The notes beneath the pieces are model-generated. The model was not told where the DNA came from and made no database searches. It saw nothing but the letters and a program-made list of their open reading frames with translations. From positions 276 to 64,275 of the forward strand of contig CAZGOG010000006.1 of assembly GCA_964527555.1 (NCBI GenBank): a stretch of 64,000 bases of DNA, in the 5' to 3' direction. Source of the stretch: an uncultured Planctomycetia bacterium. Its GTDB lineage: Bacteria; Omnitrophota; Gorgyraeia; Tantalellales; Tantalellaceae. Position numbers and translations under genes: made by a program. Positions within the stretch are counted from its first letter, which is position 1; the number at the start of each line of letters is the position of its first letter. This document shows positions 28,901 through 37,054 of this stretch, in pieces.

Positions 28901-30502
28901 GGGGTCTATCGGCGGGTTTGTCACCTGCGCAAAAAGCTGCTTGAAATAGTTGTACAGCATCTGGGGCCGTTTTGAAAGAAACGCATGGGGCGTATCGTTG
29001 CCCATGGAACCAACAGGTTCTTTTCCTTCAAGAGCCATCGGTTTTATGATCATCTTCATGTCTTCCCGGGAATAACCGAACGCTTTCAGCCGCGCAAAAA
29101 TATCGGCCTCTTTCGGGGAACTCTTGAGCGCCTGAGGGACCTCGTCAAGATCCACCATATTATCCCTGATCCACTGGTGGTAAGGATGACGGGATGCAAT
29201 CATCTTTTTTATTCCATCGTCCCCGATTATGCGTCCAAGTTCGGTGTCGATAAAGAACATCTTACCGGGCTCAAGCCTGCCCGAGACTTTGATGTCAGCG
29301 GGATCTATGTCAAGCACCCCGACCTCGGATGCCATCACCACAAAGCCTTTCTTTGTTATGATGTAACGGGCGGGGCGAAGACCGTTCCTGTCCAGTACCG
29401 CTCCCACTTGCGAGCCGTCAGTAAACGCTATTGCCGCGGGACCGTCCCACGGTTCCATAAAACAGGCATGGTATTTGTAAAAATCACGGAGACTTTTGTC
29501 GATCTTTTTATCCTGTTCCCAGGCGTTCGGTATGAGCATCATCATGGCATGCGGCAGCAGTCTACCGGAAAGAACCAGTAGTTCGAAGACATTATCAATC
29601 GTAGCGGAATCGCTTCCCCCCTCGACTATCACGGGTTTGATCTTGGCTATATCGCTGCCAAAAGACGGGCTTGCCAGGAGCCGTTCCCTGGCACTCATCC
29701 AGTTAATATTGCCCCTTAATGTGTTTATTTCCCCGTTATGAGCAAGAAAGCGGAACGGCTGCGCCAGGTCCCACGTAGGAAACGTATTCGTACTGTACCG
29801 GGAATGCACCAAGGCGATCGCGCTTTCCATACGTTTATCCTCAAGATCCGGATAATACCCTTTTAACTGTCCCGGCATCAATAACCCTTTATAGCTTATC
29901 GTTCTTGAAGAAAGGTTTGTTATGTAAAAAAAACTTTTCTGGCTGATCCCGGATGCGCGGATCTCTTTTTCTATCCTCTTGCGGATAACATACAGCTTCC
30001 GTTCGAAGGCCAAGTTCTCCAGAGCCTGGGCGCCTTTTGCTATAAACACCTGTTTTATGACGGGCTGCGTCTCTTTTGCGCCTTCGCCGATAATCGAATC
30101 ATTTACAGGCACGTCACGCCATCCAAGCTGTTTCTGCGCTTCTTCCCCTATTACTCTTGAGAAGACTTTCTCGCAAAAATCGCGCTCTTCTCTATCAGTT
30201 GGCAGAAATACAAGTCCCGTCCCATAGCCGCCAAAAGGGGGGAGTTCAATCCCGATACTGCCGCACACTCCGGCATAAAAGTCATGTGGGATCTGGATAA
30301 GGATACCCGCTCCATCGCCGGTTTTGGGATCGGCACCTACCGCACCTCTGTGGCTCATCCTTTCAAGAACTTCGGCTGCCTTGCTGATAACATCATGAGA
30401 CTTCCTGCCGCTGATGTTACAGACAAACCCCACCCCGCAGCTGTCATGCTCGAAGCGCCCGTCATAAAGTCCTTGTTTTTGCGGTAAACGGTCTTTTTTC
30501 AT
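25973..30502 (-). CDS. gltB: Glutamate synthase large subunit
   Basis: 1509 aa. After Met removal the N-terminal Cys of the Ntn amidotransferase begins CGVGFV. FMN/3Fe-4S central domain motifs and a C-terminal GXGXG repeat domain are present. The ATGA overlap with gltD is conserved. Confidence 0.95.
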   Translation of the reverse strand: MKKDRLPQKQGLYDGRFEHDSCGVGFVCNISGRKSHDVISKAAEVLERMSHRGAVGADPKTGDGAGILIQIPHDFYAGVCGSIGIELPPFGGYGTGLVFLPTDREERDFCEKVFSRVIGEEAQKQLGWRDVPVNDSIIGEGAKETQPVIKQVFIAKGAQALENLAFERKLYVIRKRIEKEIRASGISQKSFFYITNLSSRTISYKGLLMPGQLKGYYPDLEDKRMESAIALVHSRYSTNTFPTWDLAQPFRFLAHNGEINTLRGNINWMSARERLLASPSFGSDIAKIKPVIVEGGSDSATIDNVFELLVLSGRLLPHAMMMLIPNAWEQDKKIDKSLRDFYKYHACFMEPWDGPAAIAFTDGSQVGAVLDRNGLRPARYIITKKGFVVMASEVGVLDIDPADIKVSGRLEPGKMFFIDTELGRIIGDDGIKKMIASRHPYHQWIRDNMVDLDEVPQALKSSPKEADIFARLKAFGYSREDMKMIIKPMALEGKEPVGSMGNDTPHAFLSKRPQMLYNYFKQLFAQVTNPPIDPIREELVMSLESFVGPEKNVLEETPEHCHKLGIKKPVITDEELEKIRNIRVNSFKTKTVLTIFDASKIENFIHALERICFETEYAIEQGYSFVILSDRGVDKNNAALPALLAVSAVHQHLVRKTIRSEVGLIVESAEPREVQHFALLLGYGAACVNPYLAYEAIEHLIKEGEGPKDMGKALENYRKAINKGILKILSKMGISTLRSYRGAQIFEALGLADDVASNHFGGTVSRVGGLTLESIAEETLARHREAFPERETGAAKLVSGGVYQWKRDGEFHLWQPESIAALQDSARKEDYSIYKRFAELINDQSASPTTIRSLFKFKKTAPIPVSEVEPVEKIVTRFVTGAMSFGSISKGAHEAIAIAMNRLGGKSNTGEGGEDPSRFVSLPNGDSTRSAVKQVASGRFGVTINYLVNADELQIKIAQGAKPGEGGQLPGYKVSAIIARTRYTSPGVTLISPPPHHDIYSIEDLAQLIFDLKNANPRARVSVKLVSEIGVGTVAAGVAKGHADMILISGGDGGTGASPRSSIMYAGLPWELGLSETHQTLVLNRLRSRVRLQTDGQMRTGRDVAIAAILGAEEFGFCTSVLVVLGCVMLRHCHLNNCSVGVATQDEMLVKRFQGRPEYIVSYMRFISEELREIMASLGLRSIDEMVGRTDLLEANKGIFPEKAKGIDLSRILYKPEVSGKVGTRCLVEQNHGIDEVLDRDIIRKAKNALEKAEPVKLEFPIRNNNRTCGAMLSGEVCRKHGEKGLLENTIHCKFTGTAGQSFGAFLAKGVTFELEGMANDYVGKSISGGKVIIYPDKKSDYKPEENVIIGNTTFYGATSGEAYIRGVAGERFCIRNSGLFAVAEGVGDHGCEYMTGGKVVILGRTGKNFAAGMSGGIAYVYDEDNSFKDRCNMKMVHLEKCDEEDKISIYNLVHNHFRYTASSLAGKLLDDFTNELEKFVKVMPIEYKQVLAGKQVEARLGLLEVSDG

Positions 30503-30512
30503 CTTTATCCCT

Positions 30513-30743
30513 CTATATTCTGAACTTTTTTACGTCGATATTCAACCTTTTTATCTTCATGCGCAGGGTATTACGGTTTATCCCCAATATTTTTGAGGCA
30601 ATGGACTGGTTACCGAAGGATCTTTTAAGCGTTTTTTCGATCAGCGCCTTCTCGGTATCATTGATGACCCTTGAGTATACATTTCCCTTCTCCGTTACCA
30701 GCATCAGGTCCTCTATCATTTTATCCGTCTTTTCCTTAATCAT
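30513..30743 (-). CDS. Standalone Fis-type helix-turn-helix DNA-binding protein
   Basis: The 76-aa C-terminus QSIASKILGINRNTLRMKIKRLNI is a Fis/NtrC-type HTH. There is no receiver or AAA+ domain. Confidence 0.7.
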   Translation of the reverse strand: MIKEKTDKMIEDLMLVTEKGNVYSRVINDTEKALIEKTLKRSFGNQSIASKILGINRNTLRMKIKRLNIDVKKFRI

Positions 30744-30868
30744 TGCCCTGTCTCCTTATCAAATTTTGACTGAATTCTATGCACATCTTTGTAAAAAAAA
30801 GCCCCCTTCAAAGCTTTCTCTGCTTCGAAGAGGGCATCTTCGCCTCTTTCCCCTACAATGGGATTTCT

Positions 30869-30907
30869 ATAAAATAAAAACCCCCAGGAACTCTTAATCC
30901 ATGGGGG
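30869..30907 (-). terminator. Terminator-like hairpin downstream of glnK, lying inside the leader of the Fis-gltBD transcript (candidate attenuator)
   Basis: The minus strand reads CCCCCAUGG-auuaagaguu-CCUGGGGG followed by UUUUUAUUUUAU. It sits about 25 nt downstream of the predicted TSS of the promoter at 30940-30968. Confidence 0.45.
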
Positions 30908-30939
30908 CTTCATCGCCTTACAACAACTTTGTTGATTGT

Positions 30940-30968
30940 ATGATACCACCGCTTTAAGAGTTTGTCAA
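30940..30968 (-). promoter_or_regulatory. Candidate sigma70 promoter for the Fis-gltBD operon (TTGACA-N17-TATCAT)
   Basis: Read directly. The -35 is at plus 30963-30968 and the -10 at 30940-30945. Confidence 0.4.
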
Positions 30969-31037
30969 GCTGTAAATGCCTCTTTACAGGCCTTTTAAGG
31001 CGTCTCAGCACTTAGCTCCTAAAAGCGCAATATCCGT

Positions 31038-31379
31038 TTATCCTATTGCTTCGTTTCCCTCTTCGCCTGTCCGTATCCTTATGCAGCGCGGAAGGTCAAG
31101 GACAAATATTTTCCCATCCCCTATACGGCCTGTCCTGGCACCTTTCATTATCGCATCTATAGTAGGCTTCACGAAGTTTTCGTTTACTGCAATATCCAAA
31201 CGTACTTTTTTAAGAAGATTTACCTCGTGAACGACGCCCCTGTAGGTTTCCGTGTAACCTTTTTGCTGTCCGCATCCAAGGGCGTTTGTCACTGTCATCT
31301 TATATACTTCCGCATCAAAAAGCTCTCTTTTGACATCCGGCAGTTTATGAGGTTGTATCATCGCAATTATGAGTTTCAT
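31038..31379 (-). CDS. glnK: Nitrogen regulatory protein P-II
   Basis: 113 aa starting [13 protein letters not shown], with a T-loop YRG (ETYRGVV) and a B-loop [12 protein letters not shown]. It lies immediately downstream of amt. Confidence 0.9.
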   Translation of the reverse strand: MKLIIAMIQPHKLPDVKRELFDAEVYKMTVTNALGCGQQKGYTETYRGVVHEVNLLKKVRLDIAVNENFVKPTIDAIMKGARTGRIGDGKIFVLDLPRCIRIRTGEEGNEAIG

Positions 31380-31394
31380 TTTCCCCTCCTTATG

Positions 31395-32741
31395 TTATTG
31401 TGCCGTAAAGATCTGGAACCCCGCATACGCTTCCATGCCGTGTTCGGTGATATCCAGCCCTTTAAGCTCCTCTTCCCTGGAGACCCTTAAACCGATCGTT
31501 ATGTCGATCAGTTTAAAAATTATCGTCATAGTCACCAGAACAAAAGCTATCACGCTTCCCACTCCTAGAATTTGAACGCCAAGTTGGGCGAATCCTCCGC
31601 CGTGTAAGAGTCCTTCTCTGGCAAGTCCAAGAGCTTTGTGCCCGAAAATCCCTACTGCCAAAGTCCCCCAAATACCGTTCATCATATGTACCGGCACCGC
31701 ACCCACGGGATCGTCAACATGGACTTTATCAAGAAAAAGCGTGCCCATAACAACGATTATCCCACCGATAAAACCGATTATAAGAGCTTCGTACGGCAGT
31801 ACATAAGCACACGGTGCCGTTATCGCTACAAGCCCCGCAAGGGCACCGTTCATCGTCATCGATAGATCCGGTTTACCGCACTTCTTCCACGCAAAGAACA
31901 TGGCGGTAAGCCCGCCTGCCGCCGCCGCCAGATTGGTATTTATTGCTACTTTTGCCATAAGGCTTCCGTCTCCCACGCTTAAAGTCGAGCCCGGGTTAAA
32001 ACCAAACCATGCGAACCAAAGGATCAAAGCTCCCAGCGAAGCAAGTGCCATTGAGTGGCCTTCGATGGCATTCGCCGAACCGTCCTTATTATACTTCCCG
32101 ATCCTGGGCCCGAGCATCATGGTCCCCACCAGGGCAGCAGTCCCACCTACGGCATGGACGACCGTCGATCCGGCAAAATCCCCAAATCCCAGGCTGCTAA
32201 GCCATCCTTCGCCCCATATCCAGTGACCGACAAAAGGATAAACAGTCGCGGATATCAGAAACGAGTAAATAAGGTAGCACTGGAATTTCATCCTTTCGGC
32301 AATACCGCCTGCTACTATAGTGGCAGCCGCACCGCAGAAAACCGCGTGAAAAAGCCATGCCGCCTCAAGCGGTATACCCCCTTCATGCGTCGCGTTAAGC
32401 AGGAAAAATCCGTTAAAGCCCATGAACCCGTTACCCTTGCCGAACATGAAAGCATATCCGAAGATAAAAAACCCCAGGGACGCCATACAAAAGTCCAGAA
32501 AGTTATTCATAAGCACGTTACAGGTGTTCTTGGTCCTGATAAGCCCCGCCTCGAGCATCCCGAACCCCGCCTGCATGATGAAGACAAAAAACGCCGCGAT
32601 CATGACCCATAAGGTGTCGATCCCTACGGTACTGGCATAAATCTCGCCTCCTTCCGCAAAAACGGGTGCGGTAAAGCACAAACCCGCTAAAAGGGCTACC
32701 ACCCCCATAACCTTTAACAGTTTCACTTTTCTCTTGAACAT
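31395..32741 (-). CDS. amt: Ammonium transporter
   Basis: Amt/MEP family with a signal peptide, 11 TM helices and the conserved twin-His (AVGGTAAL...HGGG region), at 448 aa. Confidence 0.9.
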   Translation of the reverse strand: MFKRKVKLLKVMGVVALLAGLCFTAPVFAEGGEIYASTVGIDTLWVMIAAFFVFIMQAGFGMLEAGLIRTKNTCNVLMNNFLDFCMASLGFFIFGYAFMFGKGNGFMGFNGFFLLNATHEGGIPLEAAWLFHAVFCGAAATIVAGGIAERMKFQCYLIYSFLISATVYPFVGHWIWGEGWLSSLGFGDFAGSTVVHAVGGTAALVGTMMLGPRIGKYNKDGSANAIEGHSMALASLGALILWFAWFGFNPGSTLSVGDGSLMAKVAINTNLAAAAGGLTAMFFAWKKCGKPDLSMTMNGALAGLVAITAPCAYVLPYEALIIGFIGGIIVVMGTLFLDKVHVDDPVGAVPVHMMNGIWGTLAVGIFGHKALGLAREGLLHGGGFAQLGVQILGVGSVIAFVLVTMTIIFKLIDITIGLRVSREEELKGLDITEHGMEAYAGFQIFTAQ

Positions 32742-32772
32742 ACTAGCCTCCTTTCCTGTTTAGTTAACACAA

Positions 32773-33621
32773 TCAATAATCAAAACTTACTTTTATCCCG
32801 CCGTAAAACTCGTTCCGAGATGCATCGTTATATGTACTGCGGTCAAGAATAAGCGAGTAACTCACGCTCGGTGTAACAGTGAAATAATGAAAAAACGGGA
32901 TATTTACTTCACCGGAGAATACCATATCGCCCCATCCTGTCTTATCAGTCCACTGCTCGTCGATAATACCGGTTGTCATGGCTAAAGCGGCAGATATCCC
33001 GCTTTCTCCGAAGTCAAAGGTATGGCCTATCCCGAACAGGAAATATGAGCCGTCGCCTCCTCCATCGCTATTACCTTTACCGCTACCCACATCCCAGTAC
33101 CATGTAAAAAAGGGCTGCAAGAACATGTCATAGGAAACACTTATATATATCTCATGAGTGTCGAAAAACTTACTATCCCAGTCTAAGTTCGGAAAAGTAT
33201 AACAGGTATACCCCGCTGAGATGTTTAACGGATCCAGAAAATCCGGTGAATCAACATCGAAAGTTTCCGACATCTCACCTATATTAAACGTATAATCAAT
33301 CGTGTAATCTATTTCCGTGAATTCCCGGTATCTAGCGGCATCTCTGGACTTTTCATCGTTTAGGCTGTAGTTTGCCCAAAAATCAAAAGTAAAACCCCAT
33401 TTAGATACCGACGCATCAAACTGCATTACGGGTTCGTCCCCGAGATTCCATCCCCTCCAGATGTATTTTGTCATGAGCGCTGTACTAAAAGAGACGTCTG
33501 GAAGCCACTCGGGCTTTTCGCCCAGCCATTCATCATTAAAACCATCGGCATGGGCTCTCATGCCGCAAAAAAACAATATCGGCGTTACTGCCAAAAATGT
33601 AATCATTGTTTTTCTAAACAT
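32773..33621 (-). CDS. Putative outer-membrane beta-barrel protein (porin-like), co-oriented 31 nt upstream of amt
   Basis: Has a signal peptide and alternating amphipathic strands rich in Y/W/G/D. The C-terminus KVSFDY ends in an aromatic residue, typical of OM barrels. A strong SD (AAAGGAGGG) is present. Confidence 0.5.
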   Translation of the reverse strand: MFRKTMITFLAVTPILFFCGMRAHADGFNDEWLGEKPEWLPDVSFSTALMTKYIWRGWNLGDEPVMQFDASVSKWGFTFDFWANYSLNDEKSRDAARYREFTEIDYTIDYTFNIGEMSETFDVDSPDFLDPLNISAGYTCYTFPNLDWDSKFFDTHEIYISVSYDMFLQPFFTWYWDVGSGKGNSDGGGDGSYFLFGIGHTFDFGESGISAALAMTTGIIDEQWTDKTGWGDMVFSGEVNIPFFHYFTVTPSVSYSLILDRSTYNDASRNEFYGGIKVSFDY

Positions 33622-33749
33622 CTCAATCCCTCCTTTTTCAAGCGCTTAAGATAAATCCTCATGGATTAACATCCGTGGTGTTCCTTCGTTCTAAGTGCAA
33701 AATATCTTTCCCCGCAGATTCATGGTGAGCGAACGAAGTGAGTCGAACC

Positions 33750-33798
33750 ACAAAAAACGCCCTTTTTGAAGCTACCCATTGCTTCAAAATAGGGCGTC
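33750..33798 (-). terminator. Intrinsic terminator of the GAF-ANTAR gene
   Basis: A 17-bp stem (GACGCCCTATTTTGAAGC / GCTTCAAAAAGGGCGTT) is followed on the minus strand by UUUUUUGUGG. Confidence 0.6.
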
Positions 33799-33910
33799 TT
33801 AGCCTTAATATGCCATCTATGGAATTTAAACAAAAAACCTCGGGAGTTATTACCCCCGAGGCTGCTTTGCCGTTTGTAACTTCTTTGTTAGAGAAGCACG
33901 GTTAAATGTG

Positions 33911-34609
33911 CTATTTCCTTATCTCAAAAGAAAGTATTATCGCTTCTGCGATCTCTTTCATGGAGACCCGTTTATTCATGCTGGTCTTCCTGATCAGGCT
34001 AAAGGCCTCTTCTTCAGCGAGTCCTTGTTCCTTCATCAGAATCCCTTTTGCCTTTTCAATCTTCTTTCTGCTCTCAAGTTCTTCTTGTATGACTTTAGTC
34101 TTGACCATAAGTTCTGTATTCTCTATAGCCACCGCTGCCTGATTAGCCACCGCACTTAAGAGATCTATATCGCTTTTGGTGAACTCATACGATTCCACGG
34201 TATAAACATTTAACACGCCTATGGGCCTGTCCTTCACCATCATGGGAACGCTCAGCATTGAGACAAGTTTCTCTTTTTTAGCAAGTTCCTTTTCTTTATA
34301 CTTATCGTCTTTGGCGACATCCAGTATCACTATCGGTTTCTTCTCCTTGGCTACGCGTCCGACGATACCTTCCCCGACTTTTATTGCCCTTTCTTTGAGA
34401 TACTCCTGACTCATGGTCTGCGTAGCCCTTATGGTAAGCTCCTGTTTTTCCTCGTCAAGGAGCCATAAAGCGCATATCTTCGCGCCCATGACATTCGCAG
34501 TAAGATTCACTATAAGCCTCAGGATATCTTCCAGATAAAGATCAGACGTTATAGCCTTACTGATCCTTGTCAGAGTCGAAAGATATTCTTTTTCGGACAT
34601 TTTTTCCAT
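33911..34609 (-). CDS. GAF-ANTAR RNA-binding antiterminator-type regulator
   Basis: An N-terminal GAF domain is followed by the C-terminal ANTAR motif KAKGILMKEQGLAEEEAFSLIRKTSMNKRVSMKEIAEAII. Confidence 0.8.
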   Translation of the reverse strand: MEKMSEKEYLSTLTRISKAITSDLYLEDILRLIVNLTANVMGAKICALWLLDEEKQELTIRATQTMSQEYLKERAIKVGEGIVGRVAKEKKPIVILDVAKDDKYKEKELAKKEKLVSMLSVPMMVKDRPIGVLNVYTVESYEFTKSDIDLLSAVANQAAVAIENTELMVKTKVIQEELESRKKIEKAKGILMKEQGLAEEEAFSLIRKTSMNKRVSMKEIAEAIILSFEIRK

Positions 34610-34632
34610 GACTATATTTACCCCTTATTTTT

Positions 34633-36759
34633 TCATATCATGAACAGCATCTCCGCATAGGAAGGTAGCGGCCATATCTCATCCGGTACTAACCCTTCCA
34701 AGGCATCTACGGCCTGGCGGAGCTCGTTCATCGCAGATATTATCTTGCCGCTAGAGCCGTTTTCCAGACACTTTTCAAGTTTTTTTATGTTTTCAAGCAT
34801 CTTCTCTGTCTCTTCAGATACTTCTTTCAGAAGCTTCTTTGTAGCGGTTACTTTACCGCCGCATCCTGCGACATCTTCTACTGCCCTGGCCAAATTCGCC
34901 TGGTATTCAAGCGCTGCCGGAACAATCATCGTTTTTGCCATCGTCAAAGCAACCGATGCCTCTATGGCAGTCGTCCGTTCATACTGTTCTTTATAAATCT
35001 CATAGCGCGACATAAGCTCTGTTTTGGAGAGAACCTTGTGCCTCTCAAATAAAGAGACTACCTTTTCGTCTTTCATCACTTTAAGCGCTTCCGGGGTCGT
35101 TTTGAGATTAAGTAGACCCCGCTTTTCAGCCTCTTTGTGCCACTCTTTGGTATAGTTATCGCCGTTAAAAAGTATGCGTTTATGTTTTTTAACTATATCC
35201 TGCAATATCGACTGGAGAGCCTTGTTGAAATCCTTCTTAGTCTTGCCTGATTTCTCCAGTTTAGTGCATATCTCGTCAAGCGCGTCAGCGATAATAGTAT
35301 TCAAAACTATGTTAGCCCCGGCACAGCTCTGGTTGGACCCGACGGCACGGAACTCAAATTTATTCCCCGTAAAAGCGAAAGGCGACGTCCTGTTGCGGTC
35401 GGTCACATCACGCGGCAGAGTCGGCAGGGAAGTGACGCCTACTTGTATCGCATCTATTTTCTTAGAAGTTTTCGCACCGCCCTTCTCGATCTGTTCTATG
35501 ACATCCGTAAGCTGCTCTCCCAGAAAGATGGAAAGGATCGCAGGCGGCGCTTCGTTAGCGCCGAGCCTGTGGTCGTTTCCTGCGCTGGCTACGCTTGCTC
35601 TAAGTATGCCCGCATGAGTATCAATAGCCTTCATGAGCGCGCATATCATTGTGAGAAATTTAGCGTTCTCATGGGGGTTTTCACCCGGAGAAAGCCAGTT
35701 CTTGTCGTCAGGCCCGACAATCGACCAGTTGTTATGTTTACCGGAACCGTTAACGCCTGCAAAAGGTTTTTCATGAAGAAGACATACTAAGTCGTACTTT
35801 TCCGCGGCTTTTTTTAAAAGCTCCATCGTGATCATGTTATGATCGACGGAAAGGTTCTGCTCTTCAAAGACCGGCGCGATCTCAAACTGTGCGGGACAGA
35901 CTTCATTGTGCCGCGTCTTCGCCGGGATCCCCATCTTCCACATCTCGCGATCCAGCTCTTCCATGAAAGACATGACCCTGGTCTTTATGGCGCCGAAATA
36001 ATGGTCTTCCATCTGCTGGTGTTTTGCCGGAGCTCTGCCGAAAAGCGTCCTTCCGGTCTGAATAAGATCCAGTCGCGCTTCGTAATATCTCCTGTCTATA
36101 AGAAAATATTCCTGTTCGGGACCCAAAGTTGCGTAAGCGCGTTTATTTTTAACGTCAATACCGAACAATTTAGCCAAACGGCATACCTGTTTAGATAAAG
36201 CCGCCGCGCTCCTTAAAAGAGGCGTTTTCTTATCAAGCGCCTCACCGTGATAAGAGTAGAACGCCGTGGGTATACACAAGGTGGCTACATTCTCTCCCTC
36301 TTTTATGAAAGCCGGGGAAGTCGGGTCCCAGGCGGTATATCCGCGTGCCTCAAAAGTCGCCCTAAGCCCCCCCGAAGGAAAGCTGGATGCATCCGGTTCG
36401 CCCTTTATAAGCTCTTCTCCCGAAAACTTCATTATGACTCCGCCTTCCTGGTCAGGAGAGATGAAAGAGTCGTGTTTCTCCGCTGTTGCCCCCGTTAAAG
36501 GCTGGAACCAGTGAGTAAAATGTGTGGCGCCTTTCGACACCGCCCAGGTCTTCATAGCGTCGGCCACTTCATCGGCAATATTCGGGTCCAACGAACGGCC
36601 CTGCCTTATGGTTGAGACAAGCGACTTGTACGCAGTCTCCGAAAGGTAATTGCGCATATTCTTCAGGCTGAATACGTTTTCACCGTAAAAATCGGGCACC
36701 ATCGGTACATCCCTTTTCCTAGAGTTTTCTTTCATTATTGCCCCCCTTTTCTTAAACAT
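34633..36759 (-). CDS. glnN: Glutamine synthetase, type III
   Basis: At 708 aa the size and N-terminus fit GSIII. The GS catalytic region contains a conserved E/H/R ATP-binding stretch. Confidence 0.85.
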   Translation of the reverse strand: MFKKRGAIMKENSRKRDVPMVPDFYGENVFSLKNMRNYLSETAYKSLVSTIRQGRSLDPNIADEVADAMKTWAVSKGATHFTHWFQPLTGATAEKHDSFISPDQEGGVIMKFSGEELIKGEPDASSFPSGGLRATFEARGYTAWDPTSPAFIKEGENVATLCIPTAFYSYHGEALDKKTPLLRSAAALSKQVCRLAKLFGIDVKNKRAYATLGPEQEYFLIDRRYYEARLDLIQTGRTLFGRAPAKHQQMEDHYFGAIKTRVMSFMEELDREMWKMGIPAKTRHNEVCPAQFEIAPVFEEQNLSVDHNMITMELLKKAAEKYDLVCLLHEKPFAGVNGSGKHNNWSIVGPDDKNWLSPGENPHENAKFLTMICALMKAIDTHAGILRASVASAGNDHRLGANEAPPAILSIFLGEQLTDVIEQIEKGGAKTSKKIDAIQVGVTSLPTLPRDVTDRNRTSPFAFTGNKFEFRAVGSNQSCAGANIVLNTIIADALDEICTKLEKSGKTKKDFNKALQSILQDIVKKHKRILFNGDNYTKEWHKEAEKRGLLNLKTTPEALKVMKDEKVVSLFERHKVLSKTELMSRYEIYKEQYERTTAIEASVALTMAKTMIVPAALEYQANLARAVEDVAGCGGKVTATKKLLKEVSEETEKMLENIKKLEKCLENGSSGKIISAMNELRQAVDALEGLVPDEIWPLPSYAEMLFMI

Positions 36760-36845
36760 TATTTTATCACCTATTTCTCTAAAAGCAACACAACAAAGTC
36801 AATCTCCTCTTTCCCCCATCAAAACCCGCCGACATGACAGGCTGT

Positions 36846-36897
36846 AAAATAAAAAACGCCCTTGTCGGCCGCTTCCCCTCTGGCCTAAAAGGACGTC
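36846..36897 (-). terminator. Second terminator-like structure in the glnN leader (candidate attenuator)
   Basis: The minus strand reads GACGUCC-uuuuaGGCCagaggggaagcGGCCgacaa-GGGCGUU with G-U wobbles, then UUUUUUAUUUU. It lies about 90 nt upstream of the glnN ATG. Confidence 0.4.
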
Positions 36898-36955
36898 TTT
36901 ATCCTCAGGTGTTTCAAACTTTGAATTTCGCCTAGCGCACTTCTTTTATGCGCCT

Positions 36956-36985
36956 AAAATAAAAAAGGCGTTCTCTCTGAACGCC
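36956..36985 (-). terminator. First terminator in the glnN leader (GGCGUUC-agaga-GAACGCC + UUUUUUAUUUU). It may also terminate the upstream hydrolase gene.
   Basis: A perfect 7-bp stem and U-tract were read directly. It lies about 30-50 nt downstream of the predicted glnN TSS and 70 nt past the hydrolase stop. Confidence 0.55.
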
Positions 36986-37020
36986 TCATTGCTTGCCTTA
37001 CACTGCCTCGTGCAACTATT

Positions 37021-37048
37021 ATTTTACACAATATCCATTTTTTGTCAA
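37021..37048 (-). promoter_or_regulatory. Candidate sigma70 promoter of glnN (TTGACA-N16-tgtgTAAAAT)
   Basis: Read directly. It has an extended -10 and sits just downstream of the hydrolase stop codon. Confidence 0.45.
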
Positions 37049-37054
37049 TACTTT

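Noticed and set aside
30740-30949. 69-aa minus-strand ORF between glnK and the Fis-like gene
   Set aside because: Its start lies upstream of the only recognisable promoter. Its body is occupied by the glnK terminator hairpin and U-tract. It has no SD, so it is most likely non-coding leader RNA.
33640-33760. Possible sigma-54 promoter (GG…TTTGCA) upstream of the OMP-amt-glnK operon
   Set aside because: The GG-to-GC spacing is 11 rather than 10 and the -24 element is poor (GCGGGG). There is no rpoN or enhancer-binding protein in the window.
36960-36990. Glutamine riboswitch (glnA RNA motif) in the glnN leader
   Set aside because: The leader hairpins are simple terminator stems. I could not recognise the conserved E-loop/pseudoknot sequence of the glnA motif.
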